From Paragordius varius (Eukaryota > Animalia > Nematomorpha): a stretch of DNA of 64,000 nucleotides. The notes beneath the pieces are model-generated. The model was not told where the DNA came from and searched no databases. It worked only from the letters and a program-made list of their open reading frames with translations. The stretch spans positions 6,944,001 to 7,008,000 of the forward strand of contig OZ176056.1 in NCBI GenBank assembly GCA_964247055.1, given 5' to 3'. Positions 1 through 12,520 of this stretch are shown here, piece by piece (the first letter of the stretch is position 1; every line of letters begins with the position of its first letter). Both the position numbers and the translations under genes were made by a program.

Positions 1-271
1 AATTTACTTATCTTAAGGGCCAAATACTGATAAAATTTAAATGGTGTTTGACATATTTGCATATGTTAAACTTCAAGTACGTTAGGGACACTTTAGTTTA
101 ATAAACACTGTTTTAGAAAGAGAGAGACTTTATATTCTTACTACTTTAAAAATAATTGATTGTAGTGTTAAATTTTATAATTAATTTCAAGTTTTTTATG
201 AGGATCATATGCAGATGCCATGTATCTTTTGATATCGCATTCATTTTAGGGGGTTAAATTTTTGTATATTA

Positions 272-548
272 CAGTAAAAATGAATTTATACGGACAAAAC
301 GTAAAATAAATAATTTTATCTAAAAGACAACCATACTTTTTTAAACCTTGGTTTTTCTTACATTATATATTTAATGACCCCGGGTAAAATTGATTGTGTT
401 ACCAATATACATGTCTAATAAATACTTTGCAAATTTTGAACAATGAGCAATAAAAAAAACAGATTTAAAAAATATGGTTGTTTTTTAGGAAAAAAAATTT
501 TTGTCTTTATATTTTTACATTTTGTCCGTATAATTCCAATTTTTACTG
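272..548. mobile_element. Tc1/mariner-type MITE (~277 bp)
   Basis: Ends are TA|CAGTAAAAA...TTTTTACTG|TA with imperfect TIRs of about 35 bp or more (tacagtaaaaatgaatttatacggacaaaacgtaaaa vs the reverse complement of 513-550). A second, interrupted copy lies at 2304-5570. Confidence 0.65.
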
Positions 549-1614
549 TATATATTCTGATGTTTTCCGTAATCTAAAAATACACTATACAAAAATAATT
601 CTGTTGGCAATCATTGTAAGCCTTTCCTCCCTAAAACATAAAGCCTTTTTGATGTTAGGGGTAGTCTTTACAAAAAAATTTGCGCTAACGTCAGCAGATA
701 CATATATTTTTTATAGACTAGTGTGCGAAAAATTGCTATAGTTGTGTCTAGGCCTATTGGCTGAGATAAATTTGTTGTTTTTTATCTTGATATATTTTAA
801 ACTGAAGCTCTGGGATATTGATATAACTACATGTTTTTATACTATATGTGTTTGGCAACATGTATGGAAAAACAACAAAATCTTGAAAAATTACATTTTT
901 TCCTATGTCATAATACATCTACTGTATTACATTTTAACCATAATGTGAAGCCAGCATAAGTGTGCAAACTGTGCAATTATAGGTCACCACAGCAATTTTT
1001 AAGAAATGTTTTCTGAGTATAAACGATTTTTTACATATATTTTCTAATAATTTTTAAACTTAATTTAAAATTTGCATAATAACATTTTCTTATCATTTTT
1101 TAATGTTTTGAGACATTGCACATGCTCCTTTCCTATGAACCCAGTAATTACCGCAACTTAAGGGTCACATGTGGCAATAAGTTGCTAGGGTCTTCAAATT
1201 ATTAAATTTATGTACTAATTTAGGTTATAATATGCAAATGTGAAAAATAGTTATCAAGTTTTAATTAATATTATGGCCGGAATAATATTATTTGGTGAGT
1301 ACCATTGTATTAAGCTATTTATTTCAAAATAATCCAATCTTTTTGAGTTATTTGGGAAACTTCATTTATGAAGTCCCAATTTTTTAAAAAAAATTCTTAC
1401 ATATTTATAAATTTTTTGTTTAAAAACATAGGGTGTTAAGTTTAGATTAATAAATTACAATATTATTATATATTATACGGGGGGCAGTATCTGTTAATTT
1501 ATTAATTTAAACTGAAATATGAGGCTGTTCAGGTTATGCACTAAAAATTAAATTAATTTTTATAAAATTTTTTGTAATATATATATATATATATACAACA
1601 TAAAAATATAAAAA

Positions 1615-1884
1615 ACCCGTTATCCAAATTTCATATTGGTAGGAATTGGTTGATGTATTACAGGTGTAATTTCCGCTATAATTCACCGCTCTGGGTATTA
1701 AAACTTCATTGTTAAAATTATTAATTTTATGATTCCACGATTGACAAAAATTAGCCTTAATGGGGATGTTTCTACCGTCGTAAGCGGAACGAAACAAAAA
1801 TATATATTTTTGTTCTGGTCCAATACCTAAAATTGGACTTAGGATAATAAATATTGGTATTAAAAAATAACGAATTTGAAACAT
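1615..1884 (-). CDS. Putative first coding exon of a small secreted or surface protein with an Ig-like F/G-strand motif
   Basis: ATG followed by a hydrophobic signal-like N-terminus (MFQIRYFLIPIFIILSPILG), the motif LIPRAVNYSGNYTC...YEIWITG, three N-glycosylation sequons, and a phase-1 GT donor after ITG. Downstream exons were not resolved. Confidence 0.4.
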
Positions 1885-2515
1885 AAATTACAATCTATAA
1901 AACAATTCGTACAATAATATAAACATAAAAATTATATAATAATAATATTTACTTAATTTATTAGGCGTTTTATTACTACATATCTACGTGGCAGAATTCA
2001 TCAGTATTTGTTATTTATCAATGTAATTGATTACATTTTTATTGTTTTTTTACTCAATTGTAATTAACACCCTATTAATTTGATAAAAAAAAGTAAAGGT
2101 AGACTACCAATTTCCGATAATTGTATTTATTAATCTGTTTTATTATGAACAAAATATTTAATCTATATTTTAGAGTGAATAAATTATTAATGCCAAATCG
2201 TATTTTCGAGCAACCTATAATATTCAATTTTTATGTCTGTCGCATGTTTCTTAAACGACTGGCTGACGGCGCGCCATGTTAAGTTCGCATTTTACCAAAT
2301 GTATAGTAAAAACTGAGATTATACAGATAAAACGTAAAAATATAAAGGCAAATATTTTTATCTAAAAGACAACCATACTTTTTAAAATCTTGATTTTTTA
2401 AAAAATAACTTATTGTTTAAAATGGCAATGTTTAAAATAGAGATTTATATCACAAATATAATTTATTTAATAATTTACAATTGTAACTAAATAGCTTATA
2501 AAAGAAGGTTTAAAG

Positions 2516-5493
2516 CAGTGGTACTCACCGAAAAAATTTTACGGGCCAAATAAAACATATTTCTTTTTCGAGGGCCATGAACCTTATAATGGCAAATATT
2601 CCATAGCTATTTGACACATACGCACATATTTTTACTCTAAATCAACACAATGAATTTTTTGCGGGTCGCATGTAAATCCAGCTAAAAACTCGTTTTGCAC
2701 CATTTAGTTTTAAAAATTAAAATATTTTGATAACAACATTTATTTTGATATTAACCAATATAATAATTTTTTAATTTGGTTTCGCCTCATGGCAGGCCAA
2801 TCTTAATACGTCGTCCATATGATCATTAATTAAGCGATTTCGGTATGTATTCTTGATATACTTCATTTTTGAATATGCCGTCTCACACGTGTAAGTTGAT
2901 GGAAAAACAGTTAAGATAACTTGAGCACATTTTCTTATATTTTCATATTTATTTGGCACAACTTGCCAAAACTCTACATATCTTTCTTCTCTACGATTTT
3001 CCTTAAATATAGCTTCCAAATTGGAATCATTTTTAAAATCAACGAATTCTTCAATGATAAGCGCCTGATCAAAACCGAAAAGCTTAAGTTACTTAATGTT
3101 GGATATATCCATATGCCAAGTATTTTCAACGAATTTTAAGCAATTTTTAATATTTTTTAATCCTTGAAATCTGAATGTCATCTCATTAGATAAAAATGTT
3201 AAATGATTGTTTATTAAATTAATCTCCGCGGTAAATTCCATATTTTCTTTATGAATCGTTTTAAGTGTTGGAAAATGTAGGAGTGTTTTATTTATAAAAT
3301 CTTGTTTATATATTATTAATTTTTCTTTAAAAGCAAATATATGATTAGCAAATTGGGTTATTATTTTGCTCCCTTGAAGACTTGTATTAAAAGTACTAAA
3401 TTTATAAGTAATGTCGCAAAGGTAGGCTAATAAAACCCACCATTTGTCACTATTAATATCCTCGTCAAACTTTCTGTTATCTTTTAAAAATAATAGAATT
3501 TCATGTCTTAAATCAAAAAATCTATTTAATATTTTGCTAAGGTTTAGCCATCTCACAGCGGTGTACAAAAGAATATCATCAAACTCACTTGCCCATGTGA
3601 AGGTTGAAACAATGTTCATACATTCGTTCTTTTGGTGAAGATAAAAAGCTCATCCTACCTTCACTTGCGTGCTATAAAACGAGCATATAAAATTGAGGAT
3701 CGTAGGATTTTTAATACTTAATAACTTTTGAACTATATGGAATTTTTGAATTCTGAAAAGTGTTCCAAATAAAGTAAACACTATATTATAATAAGATTAT
3801 TTGTTGAAAGTATTATCAAAAATTTTATTTATATTAGAAGGCATTAAAACTAAATAAATACTTGGGTATTTTTTATTAATTAGCTCTAATTTTTAGTCCA
3901 GTATAATTTTCGTTGGCAATTAAAACTAAAAATGCCATATAATTACTATCCATCAACATTCGACACTATAGGATAATCCTGGGTATATATCATATTTTAA
4001 TCGTCCAAGTAAGTTTCTTAAATCTTTTTTTATCTATTATTTATAGGCTTGGTCCCATATCTCAGACATCATCCAGTCCGAGTCTGGCTACTTGTTCAGC
4101 CACTCAACATTCACATAAAATAAACATATGATTTAAAACGAGCCCATTTCGGTGAAGGTAGAGACACCTTCACATGGGCCACTGTGGATATCTTTCAGAA
4201 GGTTTTAAATTTACGGCGATTGAATTCTCTGACACGGATGTAGTTAACAATATCCTCAACCGTTTTAATTACTAAATTTAGTGATTCATCTTTAACACGC
4301 GAAACCAAGTTTTGCTGATGAATAAAGCAGTGAAAAAAATATATTTTAATTATATTGGTTTTTTAAAAGAGGAATAAACCCTTTGTTTATCATAGAGGGA
4401 TAGCCATCTGTGCAGATCAAAACCAATTTTTTCATAGATATACCATTATTATCGAAAAAAGTGCTAATTATTTCAAGAAAATCACTGCCTTTTGTGGTAT
4501 TATTCATTGGTAAAAATTTCAAATATTCCTCGTTGATTATGTTGTCGAAGAGCGCACATTGAGGTGTTGAACTTATATCAGTGCTAGAATCGATTGCAAT
4601 ACTGTAGTATTTGTAGTTTTTCAGAGCCAATAATGTATTGTTAAAAATGTATTTAGACATATCTTCGATGCGTCGAAAACATGTTGAATCAGAAAGTTGA
4701 AGTTTTTTTTTGCCTCATGTCAAATAAAAAAGTGCCACCATTTATTAAACATTCTTTTATTTTTTGGGAATCAGTAAACGGTTTCAGCAAATTTCATACG
4801 AAGTTAATGTTACAGCTTCCTGGGAAAAAGCTATGGCCATAATAGATTTTTCATTCTCGTATAATTCCTTAAAATTTTTATATTTTACGTTTCTTTCCTC
4901 ATTATTTTCTAGTAATTTATAATGAGGATTTTAAAATGTCTAAATATTGTATTTTTTTATAATTATGTTGTCCTTGCATATAAGGCAGGTAGCAACATTG
5001 TTATTTAAAACGACAAAAAAATTATTTTCCCATTCTTTTTTAAAGAAGCGATTTTCATCGGATAATTTACGTTTTTGGCATTAGATGTCATCCTTTGAAT
5101 TTATGTTTAAATATTATGTAAAAAAAATAGGAATATAAATTGAATTATGCTATAAAAAACAGGTCAATATTTAATGATGTCGAGTTGAAAAATATGGTAA
5201 TGAGTTATAAAAATGATGCAGGATAGCAATGAAATGTATGTGCAATGGGTGAAAACAAAAAAGCGATATAAAAATTTCAAAAAGAAAAGAAAATAGAATA
5301 CAGAAAAAGAAACAACGTGTGCCCATAAATCATAAATTTTAAAATCATTTTAATGTAGGAAAATTTTCTACATTTCTTGGGTAAAAAAAATATTATCAAT
5401 TAAAAAAAAATAAGTATCAATATGGTCATAGGGCAATTTTAAAGCACACTTAGGGCCACATGCGGCCCGCGGGCCGCGGTTTGAGTATCACTG
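2516..5493 (-). mobile_element. hAT DNA transposon (Buster/Charlie, GTF2IRD2/EPM2AIP1-like transposase), decayed
   Basis: TIRs CAGTGGTACTCA / CAGTGATACTCA with a perfect 8-bp TSD GTTTAAAG (2508-2515, 5494-5501). Transposase fragments at 4346-4660 (SIAIDSSTD...CTDG), 3089-3619 (VRWL) and 2771-3019 (STYTCETAYSKMKYIK...RNRL). Subterminal palindrome GCGGCCCGCGGGCCGC. Confidence 0.92.
3590..4180. mobile_element. PIF/Harbinger-like MITE inserted in the hAT transposase
   Basis: TIR (G/T)GCCCATGTGAAGGT at both ends with a 3-bp TSD ACT. The sister hAT copies (near 10430 and 57375) show the empty site aaact(c/t)actgtgg. Confidence 0.75.
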
Positions 5494-6051
5494 GTTTAAA
5501 GTATGGTCTTTGAGATAAAAATTTTTGTCTTTATATTTTTATGTTGTCCCCATAATTTAAATTTTTACTGTAAAAGATACGTCCGTCTAAATAAACTGCA
5601 AAACCAACAAGATTCATCATGATTTGAAAGAATAGTTATTTTGTATAGAGACCTGATTTCATAAGAGAATTGGACAATCATGTTTTTAAGGAAAAAAAAT
5701 CCAGAAATTAAAGTTGATATCGATTGTATTTGAATAGATAAAATTTTACATGTTCATGATATTTCGCGTGTGAGATTAAAAATTCAATTAGTTTCAGCTA
5801 AAAACACTTAGTTTTCATAATAATTATTTGTTTGTATTACAAACATTTCCCGTTATCAGATACAGAAAATAATGTATATCATATATATATAACATTCTTA
5901 TTTTTTTAAATATATTAAAAAATATTTTTAAAATATATTCAAAAATAATCCAACGGGTTACATGCTATAAAAAACTAAAAGCCAATGTGAATATTAAATT
6001 ATTCCCAAAACACCTTTTTTTAAAATTTTGTGATACGACATTTATTATATC

Positions 6052-9000
6052 CAGTGGCCAAACCATAGAGAGCTAGGGGGAGCAGTGCGGGAGCCCAAGG
6101 CAAAGGCCCTTTTTTATTATTTATATTAAATTTTAATCCCCTTTCTATTTTGCTGGAGGGCCCAAAATTTATTACCTTTTTTATTACAGATATGTTAATA
6201 ATGATTGCCTGATTGTAAGTATACTGGCAAAGAATATTGAAAGGCAAAAAAGCGAATAGGCGTTATCATAAGTTGCTATAGATAAACACCTTAAAATCTC
6301 TCCGATTAACACTTCAAAATATAAAAATAGTTAAAAAATAAATAAATGAGTATAGATGTTTTACACCAAAAATAAATGAAGCTTATGAATTTTCAACCCT
6401 AAATTATTTTGTTATTAAATAGTATTAGTTTTATTTCCCAAAATTTTAACAGATGTATTTTTTCCCTCTATTAAGTAATAATAACAACAGATAAAATCAT
6501 TTGCATCATATAGCCTAATTTGTTTTTTAATTTAGTGTGAAAAACAACTTACATATTTTGATTATTATAAGAAAATTGGTTCATGTAAATATTACTATTA
6601 TTGTGGGAAAGAGCAAAAAATGCATTTTTCATTATCCACTAAATTAGTGTCGCTTTATTAATTTCTGGCAGTGTTAAAAGTGAACAAAAGGAGGAAAAAA
6701 ACATTCATTATAACAAATTCTCTAACAAGTCATCTCAATTTATTTATTTTGATTATACATTATGCAATTTAATGCAGCCCAATTCATTGGCCAATTCACA
6801 CAACAAAGTATGAGAAATAACAATAGTAAAAAAGTTTTTAATGCTTATAGAATGAAATTCATTAAATTTTACAGAATGATTGTTATTTCACATACTTTAC
6901 TGTAAAGTAAATTGGACAACAATTGGCTGTACATTAATGTGCATTATTTTTCTAATGTTTTTAACCTTTGATGCGTGTTATTTCAAATTTATTTTTATCT
7001 CTAAAACATAAAATTTTTGATTAACTTTCACCACACACTAAAACAGAGGGCGGCAATTTTTCAGCGGGCCATTCTCAATACTTAAAAATCATGGCGGTCC
7101 CACATTCATATTCCATTATTATTACATTTGTATATATTTATCAGGCCATTGAACCCGACCTTGTTCTTGCCTTAGGAACCGATTCCTGTTCCATTTTAAA
7201 TTTAGAGCCCGGTTCTAGTTCCACTTTTTTGGGACCGGTTCGGAGTCCTGTTATTATAATTTCAAAAAGCCATATTACTATAAAAAAATATTTTATCATT
7301 CTGACTAGACAGCTGTAAAAATTTTATTCATCCGAATTCTAACTTTTAGAAATTAGTTTTAATATTTAAGAGTTTCCCCGCTGCTATTCTTAGGTAGGCC
7401 TGTATTCCGCGCAATGGGTTTATATGAAGAACGAATATGTGAGACGAGAGATAAAAAAGCTTCACCAAACAAGCTGTCCCATTCATATAGGAATTAAATC
7501 TTCATAGTAAAGTAGTTTTAAAATTATGTCCATGTTAGTGATAGCAGGTCATGGTTCATATTTAATCGGGGGCCACACAAAAGGAAAGGTTGCCGATTCT
7601 AAACTAGAAAATTTTCATTCGGATCATGTTTTCACAATAATCGCATAGTTGTAAAATTTTTTATTCAAAATTTAATTCTAAATATTTTTTTATATTTCTT
7701 ATAAGCGGATCGTAAAAACGAAGAGCGAAAGAAAAAGCAATAAGCATTTCAAAATAAAATTTACAGATTTTCAAAACCCATTTCGACAAATATGTCCTTT
7801 GATGCTAGCTCACACGAGAGAAAAACAGTTGAGTTCAGCAATAATGTGGATTTTGTATAATTCGAGTCATACAATTAAACCCAGCCTTCATGTTAGCTCA
7901 AGCTCAAATAGAAAACGGTAGTGATTAGCAACAAAGGTGTAGATGATTTGGATATTTTGGGTTATACTAGCGTAGAACGTACATTTAAGCCGTTAGATTC
8001 CAGTGAATTCGGATATGGGTAATTATATAAATATAGAGTTATCAAATGAAAAATGAATTATCTTTCCCCGGGTCCTTTTAAAATAGATTTTTCTCAAGAA
8101 AATCGTTGCTTTTCAGAAGCCTATTACAAAAAGAACACTATATCTGGGCTTAAAAGATCATGTTACAATATAATTTTGGATGCAGCCTTGTGAACCGTGC
8201 CTGTTCTCTAATGACAGAAGGACATATGGAGAAAGGGTATGAGGAATTGGACGCTCTTCAAAATTTTTATACATGAAGGAAGTAAGTATCACACGGACTG
8301 CTCCTCTATTTCTGATAAATGGAAAGAGGGTAAAACGATTCGGGATTTTTAAAACAAATTAAAAATGAAACAAATTTTGGGTTAATGTATTAGAGAAATG
8401 AGTTAACATAACATTATTTTTGTCAAATTTTGTCTTTCCGTGGTACACGTAAAATAATAAAATCTATATAATTTTTTAAGTCAGGCTCACCTTTAAGCAA
8501 AATATGATAGTATAATGAAGCAAGTTCTGGATAAGCCTAAAGGGTAACATTTTGTGTCCATTATACGAGAGCGAATTATAGTAAATTGCAACGAGTTTGA
8601 GAGAAGTAATCATATAAAAAATAAAGAGGCGGCTTTTTACACTCTCATTTTAGATACCACTCAGGATAGTTAAGACAGATCACTTAAATCATACATTTAG
8701 ATTTGTTAAAATTATTAAGGAATATAGCATGACAAAAAATTGAGATAAAAGAAATGTTTTTAGGATTTAGATTTAGAGACATTGAAAAACATTTATCATA
8801 TAAGTTTATAGTATAATAAAAAAATCTTTTAAAAACTATATTTTATTAGATAAGTGAAGCCATGGTTATGAGAGAGGTGTTATGAGCGGAACTTACAATG
8901 GTGTACAATTTGTAAAAGGATATGCCATGTTCATTGCGCCGCCTATAATCTAGATTTAGTTTTAAATGATTCTATTAAATCTTGCATAGAGGCATCCGAT

Positions 9001-12000
9001 TTTGCTACTCTGGAGGCAATATATCCATTTTTTGGCTCCAGTATAAAATAAATGAAACCTTTAGAGAAGTTTTACTCAGAAATCTGAAATAAGTTTAAAA
9101 AAAATAAATTCCACTTTTTGGGCTGGAATGTATACGTCTCTTTTATCAATAAATCGTTATTTGATAATAAGGTTTTGATCAATATAACATTAACGAGCAC
9201 TATGAAAAAGGAGCGGAAAAAAGCTTCTATGTTAATCACAAAAATAAAAAATTTAAATTATATATCTTTGCATATTTTTATATCATAACAATCAAATGAT
9301 ATAGACCTTATAGAGCAAAAGAGCGTAGAAAACTTAGATACAAATTTTAAAATATAGAGTTAACTATAAAACCGCAAAAGATACCATGGAAATGGCAATA
9401 AAATGGAGCATTAAACCTGTTGTTAGTGATAAGTAACTAAAATTATGAAAAGTAAATGCCGATGACAATAGATTTTTTAATTTAGATCAGTGGTATTCAC
9501 CAAAAAAGTTTGGATATCCAAATAAAAAAAATTTTTTTTTCGAGGGCCAAAAACCTTATAATGGCAAATATTCCATAGCTATTTGACACATATGCACATA
9601 TACTCTAAATCAGCACAATGAATATTTTGCGGACCGCATGCAAATTCAGCTAAAAACTCGTTTTGCACCATTTAGTTTGAAAAATTAAAATATTTTGATT
9701 TCAAAACCAATAATTTTTGATAAATTTGGTTTCGCCTCTTGAAAAGCCACTCTTAATACATTATTATACGATCATCGTTTAAGCAATTTCTATATGTATT
9801 CTTGGCATTCTTCATTTTTGAATATGCCGTTCACACGTGTAAGTTGAGGGAAAAGTTACGATAACTTGAGCATATTTATTTATATTTTAATATTAATTTG
9901 GCACATATTTCCAAAACTTTACATATTTTTCTTTTCTACGATTCACCTTGAATATAACCTCCAAATTGGAATCATTTTTAAAATCTACGAATTCTTTAAT
10001 GATATGCACCTGATCAACACCGAAATGCTCAAGTTGCTTAATAGTGGATATATCCGTATGCCATGGATTTTTTTTTGAGCAATTTTTAATATTTCTTATT
10101 TTAAAATATGTATTTCATGATTGTCTATAATTATTCTCCGCAGTATTTTCCATATTTTCTTCATGAATCGTTTTAGGTGTTGGAGAATATAGGAGTCTTT
10201 TATTTTTATAATCTTGTTTATATATCATTAATTTTTCTTCAAAAGCGAATTGGGTCATTATTTTGCTCCCTTGAAGACTTGTATTAAAAATTCTATGTTT
10301 ATCAGTGTCGCAAAGGTAGGCTAAATCTCACCATTTGTCACTATTTATTTTCTCATCAAAATTTGTATTATCCTTTATAAATAATAGGATCTCATGTCTT
10401 AAAAAAATCACAAAAGAATATCATCAAACTTACTGTGGATATCTTTCTGAAGGTTTTTGAATTTACGACGGTTGAATCTCTGGCACGGACGTGGTTAACT
10501 ATACCCACAACCGTTTTTAGAATTGAGTGCTTAATCTTTTACTCGCGAAATTAAGTTTTGTTGATGAATAAAGCAGTAAATGTTAAAATATTTTGCATAT
10601 TATGTTTGTTTTTCAAAAGAAGAATAAATTATTTGTTTATTCCAATCATAGGGAGCCGTCTGTGCAGATCGAAACCAATTTTTTCGTAGATATACCATTA
10701 TTATCGAAAAAAGAACTATTTATATCAAGAAAATCGCTTCCTTTCTTGGTGTTCATTAGTAAAAATTTATAATATTCCTTCTTGATTATGTTGTCATTGC
10801 AAAATCTCACGAAAAGCGCTTATTGAGGTGTTGTACTAATCTCAGTGCTAGAATCAATTGCAATACTAAACTATTTGTTTTTCCGGGCCAATAATGTATT
10901 AAAAATATATTTATACATATATTCAATCCGTCGAGCACATGTTGAAAAAAGTTGAAGTTTTTTAATTGTCTCATGTTTGATCTTTATTATGGTCTTTATC
11001 AAATAAAAAAGTACAACCATTTGTTAGACATTCACTTATTAGTTGGGAATCAGAAAACGATTTCATATATTTTCCTAAAATATAGCAAATCTTATGAAGC
11101 TAGTGTTACAGCTTTTCCTGGGCGAAAGCTATGGACATAATAGCTTTTATTTTCTTTTATAAAGGAGGGATTTTCATCGGATGATATACGTTTTTTATTA
11201 GATGACATCCTTTGAATTTATGTTTAAATATAATGTAAATTTCAAAAAAATGGGAATATAATTTGAATTATGCTAAAACAGGTCGAAATTTAATGGTGTT
11301 GATTAAAAAATATTTTATGGGAATGAGTTATAAAAAATGATGGAGGATAGCAATGAGAAGAATATTTATATGCAAGTGTGAATGAAAGGCTGGTAAATAA
11401 AAAAGAATGTAATAAAAATTCCAAAAAAGAAAATGGAATACTTAAACAGAAACAACATGAGACAAAATTTTGAAATCATTTTAATGAAGGGAAAGTTTTC
11501 TACATTTCAAATTCGATAAAAAATAAAAATTACCAAAATTAAATCTAAACAAAAAAAATCAATATTAAAATAGGCTAAAATTCGTTTATGTATATTTTGA
11601 ATTCATACTTAAAAAAATAATTTAAGTATCAATATGGTCATAGGGCAATTTTAAAGCACTCTTAGGGCCACATGTGGGCCGCGGTTTGTGTATCACTGAT
11701 TTAGACGATAAGTTTAGAACGAATGTTTTCGATAATTTTAATATTTCGGTTAAGAACAGATTCGGCAGTTTTTATAGCGCAACTTTCATTTCTGTTTCCA
11801 TCAAAGTTAACTAAAATGAGAATAGAAATTAACAATTCAGCTAAAAATTTGATAAATTATTGTCTAAAGGATTGTGAATACTTTCAGATTCAAAAAGTGA
11901 CAGCTTCTAATTCAGGATGAGTTCGCTTAAATTAACAATGCCTGGTAATTTGCAGAGCTATTAAGTACCCAACAGTTTCAGCCAGTTGTGATAAAGTACA

Positions 12001-12520
12001 TCATTATTATTGTTTTTGACTTTACCAGTTGGGGTTGTTACAGCGGAACGTTCATTCTCAAAGTCAAGAATAATTAAAAAATATATTAGAAGCACGATGG
12101 CTGAATACAGGTTGAGCAATTTATGGTTGCTAACAATCGAAGCGGAGATGGCGGATCATATGGATAAATAGATATAATTAGAAAATTCGCTCACGAAACA
12201 AAATTTTAAAACATAATTTTTTGATTAATACATGCAATAATTAAATTATTTTAAACTTTAAAAATGAACATTAAGATTAATTAATTGGCGGTAATTATGG
12301 TGGGCGGGTGGGTACAAACTATTATATAAAAAATACCAGGTGCGCAAAACTTTTAGACTCAGGAGCCAAGTCATATAAATATTAACATTTTTATATATAA
12401 TATTTCTTTCCGAATCTAAGTGATGCGCCAGGTGAAAAGATAACTGCAACCAATTTTTTTGGAGGGAAGGGGACGCAGTATTCAAATCTTGCAGGACCAC
12501 AATTTATAGTTCCGCTACTG
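6052..12520 (+). mobile_element. hAT transposon with a ZMYM1/THAP12-like transposase, decayed
   Basis: Imperfect TIRs CAGTGGCCAAAC / CAGTAGCGGAAC with a perfect 8-bp TSD ATTATATC (6044-6051, 12521-12528). Frameshifted motifs TLILDTTQD, GY..MSG.YNGVQ and HCAA.NL.L, and a C-terminal VVTAERSFSK...RSTM..RLSNL dimerization motif. Confidence 0.85.
9488..11698 (-). mobile_element. hAT (same family as 2516-5493), deleted copy nested in the 6052-12520 element
   Basis: Ends CAGTGGTATTCA / CAGTGATACACA; TSD ATTTAGAT/ATTTAGAC; colinear with 2516-5493. Confidence 0.88.

Larger units (their letters stand above)
2304..5570. mobile_element. Second copy of the Tc1-type MITE, split by a hAT insertion
   Basis: The left arm from 2304 (TA|TAGTAAAAA) and the right arm to 5570 (TTTTTACTG|TA) match the 272-548 element. 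Removing the hAT and one TSD leaves about 281 bp. Confidence 0.65.
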
